Source of the DNA: Escherichia coli
GTDB taxonomy: Bacteria > Pseudomonadota > Gammaproteobacteria > Enterobacterales > Enterobacteriaceae
DNA length: 64,000 nucleotides
Direction: 5' to 3' (one strand)
Assembly (NCBI RefSeq): GCF_003334255.1
Contig: NZ_QOWU01000021.1
The notes beneath the pieces are model-generated. The model had not been told where the DNA came from. It did no database searches and saw only the letters and a list, made by a program, of their open reading frames with translations. Positions 36,637 to 47,657 of this stretch are shown piece after piece. Every line of letters begins with the position of its first letter. Positions within the stretch are counted from its first letter, which is position 1. A program made the position numbers and the translations under genes.

Positions 36637-38370
36637 GTGAAACAACAGATACAACTTCGTCGCCGTGAAGTCGATGAAACGGCAGACTTGCCCGCTGAAT
36701 TGCCTCCCTTGCTGCGCCGTTTATACGCCAGCCGGGGAGTACGCAGTGCGCAAGAACTGGAACGCAGTGTTAAAGGTATGCTGCCCTGGCAGCAACTGAG
36801 CGGCGTCGAAAAGGCCGTTGAGATCCTTTACAACGCTTTTCGCGAAGGAACGCGGATTATTGTGGTCGGTGATTTCGACGCCGACGGCGCGACCAGCACG
36901 GCTCTAAGCGTGCTGGCGATGCGCTCGCTTGGTTGCAGCAATATCGACTACCTGGTACCAAACCGTTTCGAAGACGGTTACGGCTTAAGCCCGGAAGTGG
37001 TCGATCAGGCCCATGCCCGTGGCGCGCAGTTAATTGTCACGGTGGATAACGGTATTTCCTCCCATGCGGGGGTTGAGCACGCTCGCTCGTTGGGCATCCC
37101 GGTTATTGTTACCGATCACCATTTGCCAGGCGACACATTACCCGCAGCGGAAGCGATCATTAACCCTAACTTGCGCGACTGTAATTTCCCGTCGAAATCA
37201 CTGGCAGGCGTGGGTGTGGCGTTTTATCTGATGCTGGCGCTGCGCACCTTTTTGCGCGATCAGGGCTGGTTTGATGAGCGTAACATCGCAATTCCTAACC
37301 TGGCAGAACTGCTGGATCTGGTCGCGCTGGGGACAGTGGCGGACGTCGTGCCGCTGGACGCTAATAATCGCATTCTGACCTGGCAGGGGATGAGTCGCAT
37401 CCGAGCCGGAAAGTGCCGTCCGGGGATTAAAGCGCTGCTTGAAGTGGCAAACCGTGATGCACAAAAACTCGCCGCCAGCGATTTAGGTTTTGCGCTGGGG
37501 CCACGTCTCAATGCTGCCGGACGACTGGACGATATGTCCGTCGGTGTGGCGCTGTTGTTGTGCGACAACATCGGCGAAGCGCGCGTGCTGGCAAATGAAC
37601 TCGATGCGCTAAACCAGACGCGAAAAGAGATCGAACAAGGAATGCAAATTGAAGCCCTGACCCTGTGCGAGAAACTGGAGCGCAGCCGTGACACGCTACC
37701 CGGCGGGCTGGCAATGTATCACCCCGAATGGCATCAGGGCGTTGTCGGTATTCTGGCTTCGCGCATCAAAGAGCGTTTTCACCGTCCGGTTATCGCGTTT
37801 GCGCCAGCAGGTGACGGTACGCTGAAAGGTTCCGGTCGCTCCATTCAGGGGCTGCATATGCGTGATGCGCTGGAGCGATTAGACACACTCTACCCTGGCA
37901 TGATGCTGAAGTTTGGCGGTCATGCGATGGCGGCGGGTTTGTCGCTGGAAGAGGATAAATTCAAACTCTTTCAACAACGGTTTGGCGAACTGGTTACTGA
38001 GTGGCTGGACCCTTCGCTATTGCAAGGCGAAGTGGTATCAGACGGTCCGTTAAGCCCGGCCGAAATGACCATGGAAGTGGCGCAGCTGCTGCGCGATGCT
38101 GGCCCGTGGGGGCAGATGTTCCCGGAGCCGCTGTTTGACGGTCATTTCCGTCTGCTGCAACAGCGGCTGGTGGGCGAACGTCATTTGAAGGTGATGGTCG
38201 AACCGGTCGGCGGCGGTCCACTGCTGGATGGTATTGCTTTTAATGTCGATACCGCCCTCTGGCCGGATAACGGCGTGCGCGAAGTGCAACTGGCTTATAA
38301 GCTCGATATCAACGAGTTTCGCGGCAACCGCAGCCTGCAAATTATCATCGACAATATCTGGCCAATTTAG
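36637..38370 (+). CDS. recJ: ssDNA-specific 5'-3' exonuclease RecJ
   Basis: 577-aa ORF MKQQIQLRRREVDETADLPAELPPLLRRLYASRGV... with DHH motifs; GTG start. Confidence 0.96.
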   Translation: MKQQIQLRRREVDETADLPAELPPLLRRLYASRGVRSAQELERSVKGMLPWQQLSGVEKAVEILYNAFREGTRIIVVGDFDADGATSTALSVLAMRSLGCSNIDYLVPNRFEDGYGLSPEVVDQAHARGAQLIVTVDNGISSHAGVEHARSLGIPVIVTDHHLPGDTLPAAEAIINPNLRDCNFPSKSLAGVGVAFYLMLALRTFLRDQGWFDERNIAIPNLAELLDLVALGTVADVVPLDANNRILTWQGMSRIRAGKCRPGIKALLEVANRDAQKLAASDLGFALGPRLNAAGRLDDMSVGVALLLCDNIGEARVLANELDALNQTRKEIEQGMQIEALTLCEKLERSRDTLPGGLAMYHPEWHQGVVGILASRIKERFHRPVIAFAPAGDGTLKGSGRSIQGLHMRDALERLDTLYPGMMLKFGGHAMAAGLSLEEDKFKLFQQRFGELVTEWLDPSLLQGEVVSDGPLSPAEMTMEVAQLLRDAGPWGQMFPEPLFDGHFRLLQQRLVGERHLKVMVEPVGGGPLLDGIAFNVDTALWPDNGVREVQLAYKLDINEFRGNRSLQIIIDNIWPI

Positions 38371-38460
38371 CGTCATCTTCTCTATAAAAAAGAGCGTGGA
38401 TTGGGTACAATCCCGCTCTTATCACCGCATTTTGACTAGCTCAATAAAAGAAATCAGACC

Positions 38461-39559
38461 ATGTTTGAAATTAATCCGGTAAATAATCGCATTCAGGACC
38501 TCACGGAACGCTCCGACGTTCTTAGGGGGTATCTTTGACTACGACGCCAAGAAAGAGCGTCTGGAAGAAGTAAACGCCGAGCTGGAACAGCCGGATGTCT
38601 GGAACGAACCCGAACGCGCACAGGCGCTGGGTAAAGAGCGTTCCTCCCTCGAAGCCGTTGTCGACACCCTCGACCAAATGAAACAGGGGCTGGAAGATGT
38701 TTCTGGTCTGCTGGAACTGGCTGTAGAAGCTGACGACGAAGAAACCTTTAACGAAGCCGTTGCTGAACTCGACGCCCTGGAAGAAAAACTGGCGCAGCTT
38801 GAGTTCCGCCGTATGTTCTCTGGCGAATATGACAGCGCCGACTGCTACCTCGATATTCAGGCGGGGTCTGGCGGTACGGAAGCACAGGACTGGGCGAGCA
38901 TGCTTGAGCGTATGTATCTGCGCTGGGCAGAATCGCGTGGTTTCAAAACTGAAATCATCGAAGAGTCGGAAGGTGAAGTGGCGGGTATTAAATCCGTGAC
39001 GATCAAAATCTCCGGCGATTACGCTTACGGCTGGCTGCGTACAGAAACCGGCGTTCACCGCCTGGTGCGTAAAAGCCCGTTTGACTCCGGCGGTCGTCGC
39101 CACACGTCGTTCAGCTCCGCGTTTGTTTATCCGGAAGTTGATGATGATATTGATATCGAAATCAACCCGGCGGATCTGCGCATTGACGTTTATCGCGCGT
39201 CCGGCGCGGGCGGTCAGCACGTTAACCGTACCGAATCTGCGGTGCGTATTACCCACATCCCGACCGGGATCGTGACCCAGTGCCAGAACGACCGTTCCCA
39301 GCACAAGAACAAAGATCAGGCCATGAAGCAGATGAAAGCGAAGCTTTATGAACTGGAGATGCAGAAGAAAAATGCCGAGAAACAGGCGATGGAAGATAAC
39401 AAATCCGACATCGGCTGGGGCAGCCAGATTCGTTCTTATGTCCTTGATGACTCCCGCATTAAAGATCTGCGCACCGGGGTAGAAACCCGCAACACGCAGG
39501 CCGTGCTGGACGGCAGCCTGGATCAATTTATCGAAGCAAGTTTGAAAGCAGGGTTATGA
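38461..39559 (+). CDS. prfB: peptide chain release factor 2, expressed by programmed +1 ribosomal frameshift
   Basis: Frame 0 ATG 38461 ... CTT(38533-35) TGA(38536-38); +1 frame from GAC 38537 continues [18 protein letters not shown]... to stop 39559 (GGQ motif [11 protein letters not shown]); internal SD-like AGGGGG precedes CTT TGA C. Confidence 0.93.
38521..38539 (+). other. prfB: prfB +1 frameshift recoding site (SD-like AGGGGG + CUU UGA C)
   Basis: cttagggggtatctttgac; in-frame UGA at codon 26 with the downstream ORF in +1 frame. Confidence 0.92.
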
Positions 39560-39568
39560 GGAACCAAC

Positions 39569-41086
39569 ATGTCTGAACAACACGCACAGGGCGCTGACGC
39601 GGTAGTCGATCTTAACAATGAACTGAAAACGCGTCGTGAGAAGCTGGCGAACCTGCGCGAGCAGGGGATTGCCTTCCCGAACGATTTCCGTCGCGATCAT
39701 ACCTCTGACCAATTGCACGCAGAATTCGACGGCAAAGAGAACGAAGAACTGGAAGCGCTGAACATCGAAGTCGCCGTTGCTGGCCGCATGATGACCCGTC
39801 GTATTATGGGTAAAGCGTCTTTCGTTACCCTGCAGGACGTTGGCGGTCGCATTCAGCTGTACGTTGCCCGTGACGATCTCCCGGAAGGCGTTTATAACGA
39901 GCAGTTCAAAAAATGGGACCTCGGCGACATCCTCGGCGCGAAAGGTAAGCTGTTCAAAACCAAAACCGGCGAACTGTCTATCCACTGCACCGAGTTGCGT
40001 CTGCTGACCAAAGCACTGCGTCCGCTGCCGGATAAATTCCACGGCTTGCAGGATCAGGAAGCGCGCTATCGTCAGCGTTATCTCGATCTCATCTCCAACG
40101 ATGAATCCCGCAACACCTTTAAAGTGCGCTCGCAGATCCTCTCTGGTATTCGCCAGTTCATGGTGAACCGCGGCTTTATGGAAGTTGAAACGCCGATGAT
40201 GCAGGTGATCCCTGGCGGTGCCGCTGCGCGTCCGTTTATCACCCACCATAACGCGCTGGATCTCGACATGTACCTGCGTATCGCGCCGGAACTGTACCTC
40301 AAGCGTCTGGTGGTTGGTGGCTTCGAGCGTGTATTCGAAATCAACCGTAACTTCCGTAACGAAGGTATTTCCGTACGTCATAACCCAGAGTTCACCATGA
40401 TGGAACTCTACATGGCTTACGCAGATTACAAAGATCTGATCGAGCTGACCGAATCGCTGTTCCGTACTCTGGCACAGGATATTCTCGGTAAGACGGAAGT
40501 GACCTACGGCGACGTGACGCTGGACTTCGGTAAACCGTTCGAAAAACTGACCATGCGTGAAGCGATCAAGAAATATCGCCCGGAAACCGACATGGCGGAT
40601 CTGGACAACTTCGACTCTGCGAAAGCAATTGCTGAATCTATCGGCATCCACGTTGAGAAGAGCTGGGGTCTGGGCCGTATCGTTACCGAGATCTTCGAAG
40701 AAGTGGCAGAAGCACATCTGATTCAGCCGACCTTCATTACTGAATATCCGGCAGAAGTTTCTCCGCTGGCGCGTCGTAACGACGTTAACCCGGAAATCAC
40801 AGACCGCTTTGAGTTCTTCATTGGTGGTCGTGAAATCGGTAACGGCTTTAGCGAGCTGAATGACGCGGAAGATCAGGCGCAACGCTTCCTGGATCAGGTT
40901 GCCGCGAAAGACGCAGGTGACGACGAAGCGATGTTCTACGATGAAGATTACGTCACCGCACTGGAACATGGCTTACCGCCGACAGCAGGTCTGGGAATTG
41001 GTATCGACCGTATGGTAATGCTGTTCACCAACAGCCATACCATCCGCGACGTTATTCTGTTCCCGGCGATGCGTCCGGTAAAATAA
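39569..41086 (+). CDS. lysS: lysyl-tRNA synthetase (constitutive)
   Basis: 505-aa [36 protein letters not shown]...; class II aaRS; 9 nt after prfB stop. Confidence 0.96.
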
Positions 41087-41104
41087 GCATTACGTTATGC
41101 TCAC

Positions 41105-41133
41105 AACCCCGGCAAATGTCGGGGTTTTTTTAT
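41105..41133 (+). terminator. intrinsic terminator after lysS (overlaps idi 3' end)
   Basis: ccccggcaaatgtcgggg hairpin followed by 8 T. Confidence 0.85.
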
Positions 41134-41678
41134 TTAAGCTGGGTAAATGCAGATAATCGTTTTCTGGCTTCGCGATTTGTCGCCTGCATCACCATCCACG
41201 GACTGAACGCCCACGGCGTGGCATCAATACCGTGTAATACATCTGCTAAATCACACCATTGATAATCCATCACTTCATCATCATTGATCTGTAACGCACT
41301 AGTGGTGCGTGCGGCAAATACCGGACACACTTCATTTTCCACAATGCCACTCGGATCGGTGGCGCGGTAGCGAAAGTCAGGATAGATAGATTCAGGAGGC
41401 GTAATTTCCACGCCAAGCTCATAACGGCAACGGCGGATCACTGCGTCTTCGTTGCTTTCTCCCAGTTGTGGGTGCCCACAAACCGAGTTAGTCCACACGC
41501 CAGGCCATGCTTTTTTGCTCAGTGCGCGGCGGGTAACTAATAATTGTCCTTTGGCATTAAACAGCCAACTGGAGAACGCGAGATGTAAGCGGGTGTCTGC
41601 CGTGTGTGCGGCATACTTTTCCAGCGTACCCGTGGGAACTCCCTGTGCATTCAATAAAATGACGTGTTCCGTTTGCAT
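41130..41678 (-). CDS. idi: isopentenyl-diphosphate delta-isomerase (Nudix)
   Basis: 182-aa [43 protein letters not shown]... Confidence 0.95.
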   Translation of the reverse strand: MQTEHVILLNAQGVPTGTLEKYAAHTADTRLHLAFSSWLFNAKGQLLVTRRALSKKAWPGVWTNSVCGHPQLGESNEDAVIRRCRYELGVEITPPESIYPDFRYRATDPSGIVENEVCPVFAARTTSALQINDDEVMDYQWCDLADVLHGIDATPWAFSPWMVMQATNREARKRLSAFTQLK

Positions 41679-41927
41679 AATTTCTCACATGTAATTCTGA
41701 TCACTCATCATTATAGATAATTGAAGAGTGAAATGATTAACCAAGTGAGCGTTTATCGACAACCGCCCGTTTTGAGCGGATGCCGACAGGTAAAAACCAT
41801 TTAAAAAAGTAGCATCATATATTTGAAGCGACTTTCAATGGCCATTGCAACACAGTCAGAAATGACAGGAATAGAGAGAGTAAAAAGCAACAACAGACTG
41901 AATATAGCGCGCATTAAAAAATTCATA

Positions 41928-43376
41928 TTATTCTCCATGCTCATTTTTCTTCAGCTTGCGCATCAGAAGCCACATACGTACTGTCCTGACTTTTAAATCT
42001 TTATCAGAGACGGATTCCTTCACCAGGTCAGCATGATGCTGATAGCCATTAAAGAAGACGTTCAGCACAACGGCGCTAAGGGTTGCGAGCATAATGCCGC
42101 TATGTAGCAGCGGTTGCAGTACGGCCGGTAACTTAGAAAAGAAATCGTGAGAGAGCGTCGGAGTCATGCCAACGCCGAGACTGATCGCCACAATATAGAG
42201 GTTGTAACGGTTGGTGGTGTAGTTACAGCGCGACAGAATTCGAATCCCTGTCGCCAGTACCATGCCGAACATCACTAGACCAGCGCCGCCCAGCACAAAT
42301 TGCGGAATGGAGGCTACCAGCACCGCCATTTTTGGCACCATGCCAAACAGGATTAATATAATTCCCGAAGAAATACACACCCAGCGGCTATGAACGCGCG
42401 TCACGCTAACCAGGCCAACGTTTTGAGAAAATGACGTGTGGGGGAAGCTGTTAAACGTGCCGCCTATCATTGTCCCTACGCCATCGACACGCAGCCCGCG
42501 AATAATATCGTGCGAAGAGAGTTTACGACCGACTATTTCACCCAGTGCCAGGAACATCCCCATCGACTCGATAAACACGATGATTAACACGGCAGTCATG
42601 GTCAGAATGGAAACGGGATCGAAAATCGGCATACCAAACGACATCGGCGTAACAATCGCAAACCATGAAGCATCATGTAGCCCGGATAAATTGACTTCAT
42701 TCATCATCCACGAAAGTAAAAAGCCAAATACAATCCCCAGTAATACGGCGACGTTGGACATAAATCCTTTCGCATAGCGAGTAATGAGCAAGATAAAAAT
42801 TAAGACGGCAAAGGAGATACCTAAATAAACGGGATTACCATATTGCGGATTCCCTTTACCTCCGGCGGCCCAGTCAATACCCACCTGAATGATGCTAAGC
42901 CCGATAGAAGTAATAACCACACCGGTAACCAGTGGCGGGAATAAAGGCATCAAGCGACCGATAAGTGGCGCTAATAATGTGGTGATAAAACCCGCGGCGA
43001 TAGTGGCACCAAATATCCCCAGCAGGCCGATATCCGGGTTCATCCCAATGGCTATCATTGGTGTTACAGCAGCAAAGGTCACCGACATAATCACCGGCAG
43101 GCGGATCCCCATAAAGCGGCCGATACCGATACATTGCAATAATGTGACGATCCCGCAGCAAAAGAGATCCGAGCTAATGAGCATCGCAATAGCTTCTTTT
43201 GAGAGGCCCAGTCGGTCACCAATCATAAGAGGAACAGCGACTGCACCTGCGTACATGACAAGGACGTGTTGCAGACCGAGTATGATCAGCTTTCCTGGTG
43301 ATAATATGCGGTCAACCTCATCAGTTGGGCGGTCTTGCCCAGAAGATGAGGGAAGTTGGGAATCTATGGCGCTCAT
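41928..43376 (-). CDS. uacT: uric acid permease (NCS2/NAT family)
   Basis: ORF 41928..43505 trimmed to MSAIDSQLPSSSGQDRPTDEVDRILSPGKLIILGLQHVL...; polytopic NAT-family transporter. Confidence 0.9.
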   Translation of the reverse strand: MSAIDSQLPSSSGQDRPTDEVDRILSPGKLIILGLQHVLVMYAGAVAVPLMIGDRLGLSKEAIAMLISSDLFCCGIVTLLQCIGIGRFMGIRLPVIMSVTFAAVTPMIAIGMNPDIGLLGIFGATIAAGFITTLLAPLIGRLMPLFPPLVTGVVITSIGLSIIQVGIDWAAGGKGNPQYGNPVYLGISFAVLIFILLITRYAKGFMSNVAVLLGIVFGFLLSWMMNEVNLSGLHDASWFAIVTPMSFGMPIFDPVSILTMTAVLIIVFIESMGMFLALGEIVGRKLSSHDIIRGLRVDGVGTMIGGTFNSFPHTSFSQNVGLVSVTRVHSRWVCISSGIILILFGMVPKMAVLVASIPQFVLGGAGLVMFGMVLATGIRILSRCNYTTNRYNLYIVAISLGVGMTPTLSHDFFSKLPAVLQPLLHSGIMLATLSAVVLNVFFNGYQHHADLVKESVSDKDLKVRTVRMWLLMRKLKKNEHGE

Positions 43377-43811
43377 CAGTGTTTCTCCTTTCGCCCGCCA
43401 GAGTAAAAAGCAACCGTTTACGTTAATGAAACTGTCTAAACACATGCTCGTGGAGTGCCAGTTTTTGCGAGGAAGGGGAGTTAGAGACAGGAATTGCGGA
43501 GGCAATCACATAATCGTGGTTAAACCACGAAAATGAGAAGAGAACCTGACAATGGAATTATCTGTAATTTTCTCATATTGATATTTCATTAATCATTCTG
43601 GCATGTCGCACTCTCGCATTTAATCGTTTTTATCTGGATAGCGCTCTTTTGATCGGCAATGTTGAAATAATGAAAGCGGCATAGATTGAGGGGCAATAAT
43701 TTGAACTCAGTCGCAAAATTATAATTAAAACGGTCATGCTACCTAATATATGCCCGTTTATTGCATCGCGAAATTTGAGAAGACATAACTCATTAAATGA
43801 AAGGGATGCAA

Positions 43812-45731
43812 ATGAATAAGTTTATTGCTGCTGAAGCTGCGGAATGTATAGGCTGTCATGCTTGTGAAATTGCCTGTGCGGTGGCACACAATCAAGAAAA
43901 CTGGCCGCTGAGTCACAGTGACTTTCGACCGCGTATCCACGTTGTAGGGAAAGGCCAGGCTGCGAATCCGGTGGCCTGCCATCACTGCAACAATGCCCCT
44001 TGCGTTACGGCTTGTCCGGTTAATGCTCTGACTTTCCAGTCCGATAGCGTACAACTGGACGAGCAAAAATGTATTGGTTGTAAAAGATGCGCAATCGCTT
44101 GCCCCTTTGGCGTCGTTGAGATGGTCGATACGATTGCGCAGAAATGCGACCTTTGTAACCAGCGCAGTTCCGGCACGCAAGCCTGTATTGAAGTTTGCCC
44201 AACACAGGCGTTACGACTGATGGACGATAAAGGGTTGCAGCAGATAAAGGTGGCCCGCCAGCGCAAAACGGCAGCAGGAAAAGCGTCATCAGACGCTCAG
44301 CCATCTCGCAGTGCAGCGTTGCTCCCCGTTAACTCGCGTAAAGGCGCAGATAAAATTTCAGCGAGTGAACGGAAAACCCACTTTGGCGAAATATATTGCG
44401 GGCTGGATCCACAACAAGCGACTTATGAGAGTGACCGCTGTGTTTATTGTGCCGAAAAAGCTAACTGCAACTGGCATTGCCCGCTGCATAACGCTATTCC
44501 GGATTACATCCGTCTGGTACAGGAAGGAAAGATTATTGAAGCGGCAGAACTTTGCCACCAGACCAGTTCCTTACCAGAAATTTGCGGCAGGGTATGTCCA
44601 CAGGACCGTCTTTGTGAAGGCGCATGTACTTTGAAAGATCACTCGGGCGCAGTCTCTATCGGTAATCTGGAACGCTACATCACCGATACCGCGCTGGCGA
44701 TGGGCTGGCGTCCCGATGTCAGCAAAGTTGTTCCCCGTAGCGAAAAAGTGGCGGTGATTGGCGCTGGGCCTGCAGGGTTAGGGTGTGCTGATATTCTGGC
44801 GCGCGCAGGAGTTCAGGTCGATGTCTTTGATCGCCATCCAGAAATTGGCGGTATGCTGACTTTTGGCATTCCTCCTTTCAAACTCGATAAAACGGTATTA
44901 AGCCAGCGGCGAGAGATATTCACCGCAATGGGAATCGACTTTCATCTTAACTGTGAAATTGGCCGCGATATTACCTTTAGCGATTTAACTTCTGAATATG
45001 ATGCAGTTTTCATCGGCGTGGGGACTTACGGGATGATGCGAGCAGATCTGCCGCATGAAGATGCGCCCGGTGTCATTCAGGCTCTACCGTTCCTGACTGC
45101 CCATACCCGCCAGCTCATGGGATTGCCGGAGTCTGAAGAGTATCCGCTGACGGACGTGGAAGGTAAGCGAGTCGTGGTATTGGGCGGTGGCGATACGACA
45201 ATGGATTGTTTGCGGACTTCCATCCGCCTCAATGCCGCCAGCGTGACCTGCGCGTATCGTCGTGATGAAGTCAGTATGCCGGGCTCGCGCAAAGAGGTGG
45301 TTAATGCGCGCGAGGAAGGTGTCGAGTTTCAGTTCAATGTTCAACCGCAATATATCGCTTGTGACGAAGATGGGCGTTTAACTGCGGTGGGCCTGATTCG
45401 TACCGCCATGGGTGAGCCGGGGCCGGATGGTCGCCGTCGTCCTCGTCCGGTAGCGGGTTCAGAGTTTGAATTGCCCGCCGATGTTCTGATTATGGCCTTT
45501 GGTTTCCAGGCGCATGCCATGCCGTGGTTGCAGGGCAGCGGAATTAAACTCGATAAATGGGGCCTGATTCAAACCGGTGACGTCGGGTATTTACCTACCC
45601 AGACGCATCTGAAAAAAGTCTTTGCTGGTGGTGATGCAGTTCATGGCGCGGATCTGGTTGTCACTGCAATGGCCGCAGGAAGGCAGGCGGCGCGCGATAT
45701 GTTAACTCTGTTTGATACGAAGGCATCGTGA
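43812..45731 (+). CDS. ygfT: Fe-S flavoprotein YgfT (N-terminal 4Fe-4S ferredoxin domains + GltD-like NAD(P)H oxidoreductase)
   Basis: ORF 43797..45731 trimmed to [24 protein letters not shown]...; CxxCxxCxxxCP motifs then [21 protein letters not shown] dinucleotide fold. Confidence 0.9.
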
Positions 45732-46219
45732 TGAAATCGTTAATTATCGTTAATCCGGCTGACTGTATTGGCTGCCGTACTTGTGAAGTAGCCTGTGTGG
45801 TCGCTCACCCTTCAGAACAGGAGTTGAATGCCGATGTCTTTTTACCCCGGCTGAAGGTACAGCGACTGGACAGCATCAGTGCGCCGGTGATGTGCCATCA
45901 GTGTGAAAACGCCCCTTGTGTTGGCGCTTGCCCCGTGGGGGCGCTGACGATGGGCGAGCAGGTGGTGCAGACCAATTCTGCCCGTTGTATTGGCTGTCAG
46001 AGTTGCGTCAGTGCGTGCCCGTTTGGAATGATCACCATTCAGTCGTTGCCGGGGGATACCCGACAACAAATTGTGAAATGCGATCTCTGTGAACAGCGGG
46101 AAGAGGGGCCAGCCTGCGTTGAATCTTGCCCAACACAGGCGCTGCAGTTGCTTACTGAAAGAGAACTCAGGCGAGTCCGCCAGCAGCGTATTGTTGCCAG
46201 CGGTGAGAATCCTCTCTGA
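45731..46219 (+). CDS. ygfS: 4Fe-4S ferredoxin-type protein YgfS
   Basis: [27 protein letters not shown]... four Cys clusters; start overlaps ygfT stop. Confidence 0.88.
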
Positions 46220-46254
46220 AAGAAATCTCCGCGCTGAAAGGCGCGGAGAATCTA

Positions 46255-47622
46255 TTAGATTGCCCAACCACCCGCGTAAAATGCGACCAGTGCGGCAGTA
46301 ATGATCACCGTACCAATATTCAGCTTTTGCCATTCGCGTGCAAAGACGCGGCCTACGACCAGTGTCACAAAGCCCAGCATAATACCGGTAACGATATTAC
46401 AAGTCAGAACGATGAACACGGCACACACCAGGCCAGCCATAGCGTCAATAAAATCATTGAAATCCAGCTTCGAGACGTTACTTAACATCAGCAAACCTAC
46501 GTACATCAGAGCGGGTGCAGTGGCGTAACCAGGGATCAAAAATGACAGCGGTGATAAAAACAGAATTAACAGGAATAACGCCCCCACTACGGTTGCGGTT
46601 AAACCTGTTTTACCCCCGGCGGCGGTTCCTGCCGCTGATTCGATATAAACCGCTGCGGGCGCTGCGCCCACCAGGCCGGAGAATATTGAACTTACTGAGT
46701 CACTGGTCAGGGCTTTGCCGCCGTTGATGATCTGGTTGTCTTTATCCAACAAATTCGCCTGACCGGCGACGGCACGGATGGTGCCAGTAGCGTCGAACAC
46801 TGCGGTCATCACCAATGCCAGTACACTCGGAAGTACAGTTGGCTGGAGTGCACCCATAATATCGAGGCTGAAAATCAGAGACTTACCATCTTCGCCAGTC
46901 AGGCTTGGCATCGCCACCAGACCGTGGTATTTCACCGCTGGGTCAAAGATTAAGCCGATGATCGAAATTGCAATAATCACCAACAAGATCCCGCCGGGTA
47001 CGCGACACTTCTCCAGGCCGAAGATGACCGCCAGCCCCAGCAAGCTCATCATCACCGGGAAGGAGGTAAACGCACCGAGCGCCACTGGCAAGCCTTCAAT
47101 CGGGTTTTTGATAACCATACCCACACCGTTAGCAGCAATCAGCAGCAGAAACAGCCCGATACCGATACCTGTACCGTGAGCGATACCCATCGGCAAATTA
47201 CGTAAGATCCAGGTACGCACACCGGTTACGGAAATGGCGGTGAAGATGACGCCCATCAGAAATACCGCGCCCAGTGCGACAGGAACGCTAATTTGTTGCC
47301 CGAGTACCAGACTGAATGCGGTAAACGCCGTCAAGGAAATCGCGCAACCAATCGCCATTGGCAAATTAGCCCATAATCCCATCAGCAACGAGCCGAAGCC
47401 CGCGACCAGACAGGTGGCAACAAACACAGCTGCGGGAGGAAAACCTGCTTTGCCCAGCATTCCCGGAACGACGATAACGGAATAAACCATGGCCAGAAAG
47501 GTCGTTAAGCCAGCCAGTACTTCCTGACGAACGGTACTGCCACGAGCGGTAATTTTAAAATAATTATCCAGCGCGCCCTGTGGCTTTGGTGCGTCCGGTG
47601 TTTGTAGGATGTCTCCAGACAT
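46255..47622 (-). CDS. ghxQ: guanine/hypoxanthine permease (NCS2 AzgA-like)
   Basis: 455-aa membrane [50 protein letters not shown]... Confidence 0.88.
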   Translation of the reverse strand: MSGDILQTPDAPKPQGALDNYFKITARGSTVRQEVLAGLTTFLAMVYSVIVVPGMLGKAGFPPAAVFVATCLVAGFGSLLMGLWANLPMAIGCAISLTAFTAFSLVLGQQISVPVALGAVFLMGVIFTAISVTGVRTWILRNLPMGIAHGTGIGIGLFLLLIAANGVGMVIKNPIEGLPVALGAFTSFPVMMSLLGLAVIFGLEKCRVPGGILLVIIAISIIGLIFDPAVKYHGLVAMPSLTGEDGKSLIFSLDIMGALQPTVLPSVLALVMTAVFDATGTIRAVAGQANLLDKDNQIINGGKALTSDSVSSIFSGLVGAAPAAVYIESAAGTAAGGKTGLTATVVGALFLLILFLSPLSFLIPGYATAPALMYVGLLMLSNVSKLDFNDFIDAMAGLVCAVFIVLTCNIVTGIMLGFVTLVVGRVFAREWQKLNIGTVIITAALVAFYAGGWAI

Positions 47623-47657
47623 AATGATGTCCTCACGAGGATGTTAAAGTTTTATTA

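Noticed and set aside
39554-40969. 471-aa ORF antisense to lysS
   Set aside because: Lies entirely opposite a recognised highly conserved gene; translation is low-complexity with no recognisable domain. Long antisense ORFs are a known artefact of codon-biased genes.
43377-43811. Possible sigma-54 promoter at tggcatgtcgcactctcgca in the uacT/ygfT intergenic region
   Set aside because: The GG-to-GC spacing does not fit the -24/-12 geometry (8 or 16 rather than 12).
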